From a candidate division WOR-3 bacterium (GTDB lineage: Bacteria > Hydrothermota > Tepidihabitantia > SM23-42), in NCBI GenBank assembly GCA_020353055.1, contig CP070686.1, forward strand, positions 1,056,625-1,120,624: 64,000 bases of DNA. The letters run 5' to 3'. Under the pieces are notes generated by a model, which had not been told where the DNA came from, ran no database searches, and saw only the letters and a list, made by a program, of their open reading frames with translations. A program made the translations under genes and the position numbers. Shown in pieces: positions 29,223 to 37,592 of the stretch (position 1 is its first letter; each line of letters begins with the position of its first letter).

Positions 29223-29618
29223 ATGAGTAACCGCCACCGCCTCAGGGAAATTGCGGAAAAAGACGCGCGCTATCAAGTTGAAGCGTATATATTCGTACTC
29301 GAAGCCCTGCACTATACACGCCAGAATCTCAACATAAAAGGCCACGTCACGGGACGACAACTTCTGGATGGTATAAAAGAACTTGGTCTTGAACGTTACG
29401 GCGCCATGACGAAGATGGTATTCGAGCACTGGGGAGTAAAAAGTACCCTCGACTTTGGGAACATCGTCATCAACATGGTCAATGAGAAAATCCTCAGTAA
29501 GACACCCGAAGATAGCATCAATGATTTCAAAAATATCTATGACTTTGAAGAAGTTTTTGTCAGAAAATACCGACCTAACATAAAAAACGCACACCGCAAT
29601 CCGCGCAGAAAGAAATAA
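29223..29618 (+). CDS. Hypothetical protein (131 aa, basic C-terminus)
   Basis: Clean ORF; no recognisable motifs. Confidence 0.4.
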   Translation: MSNRHRLREIAEKDARYQVEAYIFVLEALHYTRQNLNIKGHVTGRQLLDGIKELGLERYGAMTKMVFEHWGVKSTLDFGNIVINMVNEKILSKTPEDSINDFKNIYDFEEVFVRKYRPNIKNAHRNPRRKK

Positions 29619-29713
29619 AAACAGACAAATCGACCACGGAATTGATTCAAGAACAAATTAATACTTGACAAATTTGAAATATTGTATAAAATTTACAGAA
29701 TTGAAAAGGAGGA

Positions 29714-30193
29714 ATGATGAAAAAGTTCATGATACTTGTCGTTTCGGTAATGATTTTTATGGCATGTGATTATGCAACAGAATCGTTGGAGTTAAAGCCG
29801 GACATTGAAATTACGTGGCTAGACCCGGTCGCGTGGTACATCTATCCATATGACACAACTTATTCCGCGCAAATCGCCGAAATCCACTTTGTTGCCGAAA
29901 ACTCAATCGACAGTTATCTAAGCGAATTCTTTATCGAATACTATACAAACGCTGATTCACTCGTCTTTACGACTGCCCCTGTTCCGGTCTACGGAAAGAT
30001 CGAAGGCATTGTCCAGGCTGGATGTTGCGATACGTTCATCCTCTACAACATAGTGGTACCCTTGGCTCCGGCGTATCAGTACCTCGGCCCCAACGAATCT
30101 ATGCAGACACTACTTCACTTTGTAGCCGTCGACGAGTATTTCGAGAACACCGATACCGCAGAAGTGTGGTTCGGGATCTGGATGCTGCCTTAG
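29714..30193 (+). CDS. Hypothetical lipoprotein
   Basis: Signal peptide with lipobox (VMIFMAC). AAGGAGG RBS. Possible promoter TTGACA...TAAAAT at ~29666-29693. Confidence 0.5.
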   Translation: MMKKFMILVVSVMIFMACDYATESLELKPDIEITWLDPVAWYIYPYDTTYSAQIAEIHFVAENSIDSYLSEFFIEYYTNADSLVFTTAPVPVYGKIEGIVQAGCCDTFILYNIVVPLAPAYQYLGPNESMQTLLHFVAVDEYFENTDTAEVWFGIWMLP

Positions 30194-30225
30194 GTGTAGA
30201 AAAAGAGAATTAAATAATTAAGAAA

Positions 30226-30254
30226 GAGGCCGCCCAAGAGGCGGCCTCTTTTCT
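30226..30254. terminator. Bidirectional rho-independent terminator (GAGGCCGCC-loop-GGCGGCCTC, T/A tracts on both sides)
   Basis: 9-bp GC-rich perfect stem between convergent genes. Confidence 0.6.
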
Positions 30255-31681
30255 CATATAGCTCTAAAAACCTTTTTCAGGACTCCCTCAAATATCTGAA
30301 GTCCCGCGTGTAGTTCGTTTTCATTGATGACAAGCGGTGGAATGAAACGTATGGTCGATTCACCAGCGCCCAGCAGCAGCAACCCCTGTTTGAATGCCTC
30401 GTAGACAACCGCATTGCGACGGTCTTTTACCGGCTCCTTGGTAATTGCGTCGCCCACCAGCTCGACGCCGATCATAAGCCCCTTGCCCCGTACATCTCCA
30501 ACAAACTCATAGCGATCTTTGAGCGCAGAGAGACGCGCAAGGGCGATTGCACCCAGCCTTGCCGCGTTCTCGACCAGACCGTTTTCCAGAAGTTCGATGG
30601 TCTTGAGGGCTGCAGCACAACTCACCGGGTTACCGGCAAATGTCGATGCGTGCGAACCAGGTTCCCAGTCCATAATCCCGGAACGGGCAACACACGCTCC
30701 AAGCGGCAGGCCTGAGGCGACACCCTTTGCTATACAGTAGATATCTGCTTTTGTATTGAAGTGTTCGATGGCGAACATCTTGCCAGTCCTGCCCATTCCC
30801 GACTGTACCTCATCGTCAACGAGCAGTATTTCATACTTGTCGCACAATGCCCTCAATGCAGGCATGAACTTCGGCGGCGGTACTATATAACCGCCCTCAC
30901 CCTGAATCGGCTCCACGAATACCGCAGCCACTTCCTCGGCAGGGACCACTTTCTTCAACAGCACATCCTCGATATGCCTAACGCAGGCCACGTCACAAGA
31001 AGGATACTGGAGGTTATAAGCACAGCGATAGCAGTACGCATAGGGCACATGGTTTATACCGGACAGAAGAGGTGCAAAGAACCTGCGTTGTGTTGCCTTC
31101 GATGCGGTCAATGATAATGCACCGAATGTGCGACCGTGAAATGCTCCGGTGAACGCAATGTATCTCGCTCTTCTTTTGTGATAGCGTGCCAATTTCATGG
31201 CACACTCTACTGCCTCGGCACCCGAATTGCCGAAGAAAACCTTCTTATTCTTTGCTCCGGGTACGATCTCGGCAAGTTTCTCAGCCAGATTCGCCTGATT
31301 AGGATAATAGAAATCAGTGCCCGACATATGCAGGAGTTTCCCTGCCTGTTCCCTTATCGTCTTGACGACCGCAGGATGGCAATGACCGGTAGAGACAACG
31401 CCGATGCCAGCAGAAAAATCGAGAAAGACATTGCCATCGACGTCGGTTACCCAGACACCCTTGCCACTTTCCACAACCGCCGGGTAAGAACGCGTGTATG
31501 ATGGCGAAACGAACTTGTGGTCTTTGTTCAATATCGCCTTTGCCCTTGGTCCTGGTAAATTTGTTGCAATCTTTGGTTTTTTCGTGTTATTCCTCTTCAC
31601 AGCATTCATTCGTCCGTTCCTGCGTACACTTTTCTTCGAATTGGTCATGATCATAGTTGCCTTTGCTTTTGTCAATCCCAT
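30254..31681 (-). CDS. Class-III PLP-dependent aminotransferase (GabT / omega-amino-acid aminotransferase family)
   Basis: Typical fold-type I class-III sequence (GNSGAEAVECAMKLAR ..., Lys-containing C-half). The true start is probably an internal Met (31654 or 31609), because the ORF overlaps the upstream gene by 10 nt. Confidence 0.8.
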   Translation of the reverse strand: MGLTKAKATMIMTNSKKSVRRNGRMNAVKRNNTKKPKIATNLPGPRAKAILNKDHKFVSPSYTRSYPAVVESGKGVWVTDVDGNVFLDFSAGIGVVSTGHCHPAVVKTIREQAGKLLHMSGTDFYYPNQANLAEKLAEIVPGAKNKKVFFGNSGAEAVECAMKLARYHKRRARYIAFTGAFHGRTFGALSLTASKATQRRFFAPLLSGINHVPYAYCYRCAYNLQYPSCDVACVRHIEDVLLKKVVPAEEVAAVFVEPIQGEGGYIVPPPKFMPALRALCDKYEILLVDDEVQSGMGRTGKMFAIEHFNTKADIYCIAKGVASGLPLGACVARSGIMDWEPGSHASTFAGNPVSCAAALKTIELLENGLVENAARLGAIALARLSALKDRYEFVGDVRGKGLMIGVELVGDAITKEPVKDRRNAVVYEAFKQGLLLLGAGESTIRFIPPLVINENELHAGLQIFEGVLKKVFRAI

Positions 31682-33159
31682 GTGTCGATCTGTGCCTTCT
31701 GCAATGTACTGGAATAATCGATATAGACTGTTTTTATCTCGGTGAATATCTCGTAAGCGGTCCAGCCGCCCTCACGGTGACCATTACCTGTGTTTTTCAT
31801 GCCACCAAACGGAAGATGACACTCGGCGCCGATCGTTGGCGCATTGATGTAGACGATCCCTGTTTCTGCAAGTTCTATCGCCTTGTGTGCAAGATTCAGA
31901 TCATTGGTGTAAACACTCGATGAAAGACCGTAAATCGTGCCATTGAGTATGTCCATTGCCTCGTTGAAATCCTTGGCTTTGATAACTGAAAGCACCGGTC
32001 CGAAAATTTCTTCCTGTGCGATTCGCATGTTCGGCAATACGTCTACGAATATCGTCGGTTTGTAGAACCATCCCTTTGCGCATTCTCCTTCTGTGTATGA
32101 TGCACCACCGGTTATCATCCTTGCACCCTCTTTCTTACCTATTTCCACGTAGGCGTGGACCGATTCTCGCTGCGATTCACTCACTGTAGGACCCACATCG
32201 ACGTCTTCATTCAGACCGTTTCCGAGCTTAAGCTTTTCAGTACGTGCTTTCAACATTTCGATGAATTTATCGTACACGGGTGCTTCAACTATCAACCTTG
32301 AAGTCGCGGTACATCTTTGACCCGTCGTGCCGAATGCGCCCCAGAGAACACCCTCGAGTGCCAGTTCAAGAATGGCATCCTTCAGCACAACCTGCCCGTT
32401 CTTGCCACCCAGTTCCAGGGAGCAGCGCTTCAGGGTCTTGCCACATACCTCACCTATCCGACTTCCGATATCCGAGGAACCGGTGAAGGATATACCGGCA
32501 ATATCCGGGTGATTCAACAATCCCTCACCAATCTCGCCACCACCACCGTATACAACATTAAGCACGCCATCCGGTAAACCTGCTTCCTTGAGAATCTGCG
32601 CCAATTCTCCAACACATGCAGGTGTGTACGTCGCAGGCTTTATCACCGCAGTATTCCCACTCAATAAACACGGGAATATTTTCCAGGAAGGTATGGCGAT
32701 TGGAAAATTCCACGGTGTGATCAAACCCCAGACCCCCATCGGATCGCGCCTGGTCATGCAGGATTTGTTCGGCAGTTCCGAAGGCAATGTGTATCCAAAG
32801 TATTTTCTGCCTTCGATACCGGCATACAATGCCGTATCGATGCCTTCCTGCATATCGCCTCTTGTTTCTTTTATTACCTTTCCCATCTCTCGTGTCATGA
32901 TTTGCGCCACGTGCTCCTTCTTTTCGATCATGATCTCGGCCGCGCGCCGCATGATCTCGGACCGTTTAGGCCAGGGCACTGCACGCCATTTCTTATAAGC
33001 CTTCTTTGCCGCGGCAATTGCCAGATTCAGATCTTCAACATTGGATTTCGGGAATACCCCAACGACTTCATCCCAGTTCGCGGGATTGTGGTTTTCAAAT
33101 GTACGACCCGATTTAGAGTCCATCAATTTGCCGTTAATTAGATTTTGGTACTTCTTCAT
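31672..33159 (-). CDS. NAD(P)+ aldehyde dehydrogenase (possibly a succinate/glutarate-semialdehyde dehydrogenase)
   Basis: ELGGKN, GQRCTATSR catalytic Cys, FTGSSDIG. Start MKKYQN with AGGAGG RBS at 33159. Confidence 0.85.
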   Translation of the reverse strand: MKKYQNLINGKLMDSKSGRTFENHNPANWDEVVGVFPKSNVEDLNLAIAAAKKAYKKWRAVPWPKRSEIMRRAAEIMIEKKEHVAQIMTREMGKVIKETRGDMQEGIDTALYAGIEGRKYFGYTLPSELPNKSCMTRRDPMGVWGLITPWNFPIAIPSWKIFPCLLSGNTAVIKPATYTPACVGELAQILKEAGLPDGVLNVVYGGGGEIGEGLLNHPDIAGISFTGSSDIGSRIGEVCGKTLKRCSLELGGKNGQVVLKDAILELALEGVLWGAFGTTGQRCTATSRLIVEAPVYDKFIEMLKARTEKLKLGNGLNEDVDVGPTVSESQRESVHAYVEIGKKEGARMITGGASYTEGECAKGWFYKPTIFVDVLPNMRIAQEEIFGPVLSVIKAKDFNEAMDILNGTIYGLSSSVYTNDLNLAHKAIELAETGIVYINAPTIGAECHLPFGGMKNTGNGHREGGWTAYEIFTEIKTVYIDYSSTLQKAQIDTWD

Positions 33160-33335
33160 AAATCCTCCTGTTTCTTGTATTTGTTTGTGGTCAAACAATC
33201 TGAAATTGTCCAAAAGAAGGGCCGCAAAATCTCCCCAGTATTCTATTATATACATTTCTCATGTAAAGTCAACACAGTTGACAACTTCTGGCCTGGTCTT
33301 ATACTGTTCCTTCGATAAGAAAGGGAGGAATCATC

Positions 33336-33923
33336 ATGAAGAAAATCATCTTGTTGATGCCGGCCGCGATCTTATTCATCAACTGCGGTGCCGAGGAAGA
33401 TATCGACGACTATCATCCACTGGCGGTAGGGCATCAGTGGGAGTATGCCGTAACCCAGACCGATACGACCGTCAACGACGGCGTACAAATTTCCACGATC
33501 ACTGCTGAGGTCTCTTCACCGCAAGGTTTGCTACATGAACAAGTCACATCAACCATCTGGGATGACACGTCGACGAGTGCCTGGCTTGATACCTCCTATC
33601 TTCAAGAAAAGGATGGCAATGTTCTGTTCTACAGTGACCTGAACGATCAGGAACCAGATACATTGTTAGTATTACCGCTGGCTCTCGGAAATACCTGGAC
33701 TGTACGCACCGAACCTTGGGGAGACATGACGGGCGAAGCAGTAGGCATAGAGGATGTCACCCTTTCTGCTGGCACATTCACCGAATGCTGGCACGTCGAG
33801 TACACAGGGTTGAATGCTACCGGCCACAGCTGGTTTGCGCCCAATGTCGGTCTTGTCAAACACCATTCGATCAGCACAACGAGCGAGTTCCTGAAGGAAT
33901 TGATGGATTTCAACCGACGGTAG
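33336..33923 (+). CDS. Hypothetical lipoprotein, paralog A
   Basis: Lipobox LFINCG. Promoter TTGACA-N16-TATACT at 33277-33304. Confidence 0.5.
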   Translation: MKKIILLMPAAILFINCGAEEDIDDYHPLAVGHQWEYAVTQTDTTVNDGVQISTITAEVSSPQGLLHEQVTSTIWDDTSTSAWLDTSYLQEKDGNVLFYSDLNDQEPDTLLVLPLALGNTWTVRTEPWGDMTGEAVGIEDVTLSAGTFTECWHVEYTGLNATGHSWFAPNVGLVKHHSISTTSEFLKELMDFNRR

Positions 33924-34063
33924 AACGTCATACAATCAAAGTAACACCTGAACAATACTACACCGAAGACCTACTACACTCCGAAGATTGCAAAGGCGAG
34001 TCTTGACTATCCTGCATTTTTCTATATAATCATCACTCACATACTACAATGAAAGGAGACAAT

Positions 34064-34681
34064 GTGAGAAAGCTGATCTGGTTACTGCCATTAGTGGCAT
34101 TGATAGTAAGCTGCAACGGCGAGAGTGACGGTGAAGATTACTTCCCGCTAGCGGTCGGCAATACATGGAACTATAACATCGTATACAGAATGATCATGAC
34201 TACTGACACAATTCAGTACACCGGCACGTCAACGACAGAGATTACGCGTGAAACGACCCTGAACAACAACGCCGATGTTCTGGAGCAGGTTACGACCACA
34301 CTCTGGGACGACACGACCATGACAAATCACGTTGACACAACCTACCTTCAATCGACTGAAGACCTTATGCTCATATATTACGACCTCGCGGATACAGACC
34401 CGGATACAGGTCTGGTCTTCCCTTTTGAAGAAGGCAGCACGTGGACCGTATACGCGGATACCACCGACACGCTTACGGCTGAAGTACTCGGACAGGATGA
34501 CATCACTGTTCCCGCTGGAACATACTCAGACTGCTGGGATGTCAGATTTACATCGCTCGGCCAGACCCAGGACAACTGGTTTGCCGAAGGAGTCGGCATT
34601 GTCAGGTATCACATGACCACGCCGACGCCGGCGATGACAACCGAACTCACCAAGGAATTGGTCACCAGCACTATTCAGTAG
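34064..34681 (+). CDS. Hypothetical lipoprotein, paralog B (GTG start; alternative ATG at 34049)
   Basis: Lipobox LIVSCNG. Shares the YFPLAVGxxWxY...TxWDDT...TxYLQ...GxTWTV...AGTxxxCWxV...WFAxxVG motifs with paralog A. Promoter TTGACT-N16-TATAAT at 34003-34030. Confidence 0.5.
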   Translation: MRKLIWLLPLVALIVSCNGESDGEDYFPLAVGNTWNYNIVYRMIMTTDTIQYTGTSTTEITRETTLNNNADVLEQVTTTLWDDTTMTNHVDTTYLQSTEDLMLIYYDLADTDPDTGLVFPFEEGSTWTVYADTTDTLTAEVLGQDDITVPAGTYSDCWDVRFTSLGQTQDNWFAEGVGIVRYHMTTPTPAMTTELTKELVTSTIQ

Positions 34682-34705
34682 AATTAGTAGTAGAGAGGAT
34701 TGCGC

Positions 34706-34736
34706 GGGGGCTGCCTTTGGCAGCCCCCTGCTTTTT
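34706..34736. terminator. Bidirectional rho-independent terminator (GGGGGCTGCC-TTT-GGCAGCCCCC-TGCTTTTT)
   Basis: 10-bp perfect stem plus T-tract between convergent genes. Confidence 0.65.
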
Positions 34737-34763
34737 GAATCTGCACAAACGAATGAAATGTTA

Positions 34764-36170
34764 TTACCGAACGAGGAACATACGTTTTACATTACTAAAA
34801 TCCTGTAGAGAGAATCCGCGCATCAAATAGAACACGGCAATGTATACGCACACACCGGCTGTTACCAATACGAAAAAGTGCCAATCGCGTATTAGATACA
34901 AAACAACAACCATCACCAGGGAAGCACCCAACGGTTTCATAGTGTAACGTAGACTCCTAAACCGAAAAACTCGTTTAAGTTCTCTTTGCATCAGAATAAT
35001 ACTGATTGATTCACTTATCAATAACGCAGTCGCTGCACCATAGAATCCGAATTTCAATCCGAGCAAGACTATCAACAATGCGCTGATCCCTGCCGTTATG
35101 GAGATGATCCTGAAGAAGTGCTTTTCTCTGTCTATCGCAATAAGACCATAGCCATAAATTGTATTGACCGGTACGATCATGAAATACAGGAGAAGAATAC
35201 GCAAGACGTTCGCCGCCGCGGAAAATGCTTGCCCGTAGATGATATGAATGATAGCGGGAGCGAGCACTAACCCCCCGATTGCGAGCGGAATGGTGAGCGC
35301 AAACAGAAATCTGGTCAGAACACTGAAGTTGCCTTTTAGTTTTTCCGGATTCTGAGCATACTGTCTGGAAAGCACCGGGAAGAAAACATAATAGAACACC
35401 CTTTCGATTATCAGCAAAGTGAAGACGATTTTATATCCTGCGCTGAAAATACCGACTTCGTAATTCGTCTTGAACAAACCGAGCACAATTGGCGGCAGGC
35501 TTACCGTCACTTGATTGAAAATAATAGCCAGACCGACGGGAATCGCCGCCGCCAAGATCACACGCCATCGGGAAAAAGAAAACCGGAGCCTGAAGGAACG
35601 ATATTTACCAATGTAGACGGCCAGCAGAAATGTTGCCGAAACGACATAGCCGATAACAAAGGAAAGGGGGACGACCAGAATATCACGAGTGCTCTTCAAA
35701 AACAGCAGTAGAACCAACAAATAGATGGAATACTGCAGGATGCGGCCGATACCGATATACCCCATCTCTTCCCTACCCTGAAATACGAACTCCAATAGCA
35801 GGGCAAACGGGAAGAGCGTCGCAGCATAAACAATGATGATTTGCTTCGTCGTGCTTTCACCCGGAATGAGGAATGTGCCGGCAAGGAATATAACAAAGAT
35901 AACAACTGCCAACACTAAGCGCAAGCCCAGCGTCTCTTCAACAAAACGCTGGTCATCTGAATTTTTTGCCACCTCGCGCGCACCGATGACGGTCAACCCT
36001 GGATTGGCGAATAGAAGCGCGTAACTGATGAACGCCAGACCAAAATTTATCTGACCAAAACCTTCGACTGCGAGCAATCGTGCTATGTATACTGTCGCCG
36101 CAAATCCAATGATGCGGGTCACGCCGTCACTAAAGAAAAGTGATAAAAAATTCCTCGATATCTTTTTCAT
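34764..36170 (-). CDS. Polysaccharide/oligosaccharide flippase (Wzx/MOP superfamily), ~12-14 TM helices
   Basis: N-terminus MKKISRNFLSLFFSDGVTRIIGFAATVYIARLL..GFGQ is typical of Wzx-like flippases. Highly hydrophobic throughout. Confidence 0.6.
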   Translation of the reverse strand: MKKISRNFLSLFFSDGVTRIIGFAATVYIARLLAVEGFGQINFGLAFISYALLFANPGLTVIGAREVAKNSDDQRFVEETLGLRLVLAVVIFVIFLAGTFLIPGESTTKQIIIVYAATLFPFALLLEFVFQGREEMGYIGIGRILQYSIYLLVLLLFLKSTRDILVVPLSFVIGYVVSATFLLAVYIGKYRSFRLRFSFSRWRVILAAAIPVGLAIIFNQVTVSLPPIVLGLFKTNYEVGIFSAGYKIVFTLLIIERVFYYVFFPVLSRQYAQNPEKLKGNFSVLTRFLFALTIPLAIGGLVLAPAIIHIIYGQAFSAAANVLRILLLYFMIVPVNTIYGYGLIAIDREKHFFRIISITAGISALLIVLLGLKFGFYGAATALLISESISIILMQRELKRVFRFRSLRYTMKPLGASLVMVVVLYLIRDWHFFVLVTAGVCVYIAVFYLMRGFSLQDFSNVKRMFLVR

Positions 36171-36369
36171 ATATATGTATGGATTCAGTATACTCTAAAT
36201 GCTTTGATAATCAATGGGGATAGGTTTATGCTTCTAACCGACTGTCCCGAATTTTCCTATTTTGTATTTGATTCAAAGTAATCAAACGATCCACGCACAG
36301 CGGGACATTCGTAACAGCGCAAGATTACGGTAATTGCCATACAGATGCCCATATAAATTAACGCCGACA

Positions 36370-37407
36370 TCACTGCAACAGATGAACATTACCCAGATGC
36401 GTATTCTTGATCCCGTGGTCTCTGGCAATGGATAATGCCATTTCGGCTTGCTCACGTGAGGTACACGGCAGATCATCAAAACGAAAATGCGGATGAAAAC
36501 CAAGAAAAGACCACGGTATGTCATCCCTTACCGAACTGATGAACCTCGCCATTGCACTGAGTTCTGCCTCGTCTATATATCCGGGTATCAACAGTGTGCT
36601 CACAACGAGAATTGGCGGTTTTTCTCTCCTCTCCATATACCGCGCGAGGAGTGTGATATTTTTCCTTGTATTCTTGTTCGATACTCCACAAAGCGCGATA
36701 TTAAGATTCTCGCTAAATGTCTTGAAATCGACCTTAATACAGCCGTCGCTCGTAAGTGCACGATCCGCCCACTTCTTCATCATGTCAGGAGAAACCGAAC
36801 CATTAGTCTCCCAGCATATTCTGATTTTCCTGCACTTTTCTCCCAGCTGCCGCGCGACTTCCAGACTATGCAACGCAAATGGCGTCGGGTCACCGCCAAA
36901 GAAGCATACACAGCCGGTTGTAGCATTGGCCGCTGTAACCATTTCCTCAGTCGAAGCCCTGCTCTTGCGGTCCCGAAAATGCCAGTTCTGACAGAAAAGA
37001 CAGTCGAACGTGCATGCTTCATAGAAGACCGCCAGGTTGGTGTAACCATGATCCCGGCTTCCTTTGCAAACCCAGTCGGCAACGCAATTAGTCGGCAAAG
37101 GATCATGGTACCAGTCGGCATAAGCCCAGTTCTTATCCGGACCGACGATTTTACCACCTACGTTCTGTCTGACTCCACAGTATCCGAATTCACCTTCCTT
37201 GATACTACAGTTGTTCATGCAAAGTTGACATCGGACTCCGCTTTCGTGCCGAGGTATCTTTCCCGACAAACCAAAAGATCTCCGTACTTCGGCATGGACC
37301 TCTGCGATGGAGGATTTTATCAACCCATATTTATCTCGAATACAATCAGGACAATAAGGCATTATCTTGGATAATATTCTTTTCTTTCCGCAGACCTTAC
37401 AGCGCAC
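36370..37407 (-). CDS. Radical SAM protein (PflA-like / AmmeMemoRadiSam-type activase family) with an N-terminal zinc ribbon
   Basis: CTFDCLFCQNW (Cx3Cx2C). N-terminal CKVCGK...CPDC and RCQLCMNNC...GYCGVR motifs. Confidence 0.65.
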   Translation of the reverse strand: MRCKVCGKKRILSKIMPYCPDCIRDKYGLIKSSIAEVHAEVRRSFGLSGKIPRHESGVRCQLCMNNCSIKEGEFGYCGVRQNVGGKIVGPDKNWAYADWYHDPLPTNCVADWVCKGSRDHGYTNLAVFYEACTFDCLFCQNWHFRDRKSRASTEEMVTAANATTGCVCFFGGDPTPFALHSLEVARQLGEKCRKIRICWETNGSVSPDMMKKWADRALTSDGCIKVDFKTFSENLNIALCGVSNKNTRKNITLLARYMERREKPPILVVSTLLIPGYIDEAELSAMARFISSVRDDIPWSFLGFHPHFRFDDLPCTSREQAEMALSIARDHGIKNTHLGNVHLLQ

Positions 37408-37592
37408 TCGAAATTATAGTATCAGAAAAAACGCACGTCAAGTCTCTGCAAGAATTGTATCTACCGGTGAAACATGAGGTCGCAGAACGCCTGACAGTTG
37501 ACTTTTCATTAATTCTGATTAGTATTCATCATTCCGTGAAAATAATCATACATTTTTGGTAATTAGTGTTGTTTAGATAAAAAGGAGAATCT

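Noticed and set aside
36487-37374. 295-aa plus-strand ORF opposite the radical SAM gene
   Set aside because: The minus-strand frame carries the Cx3Cx2C radical SAM motif and coherent domain structure. The plus ORF is Ser/Arg-rich with no motifs.
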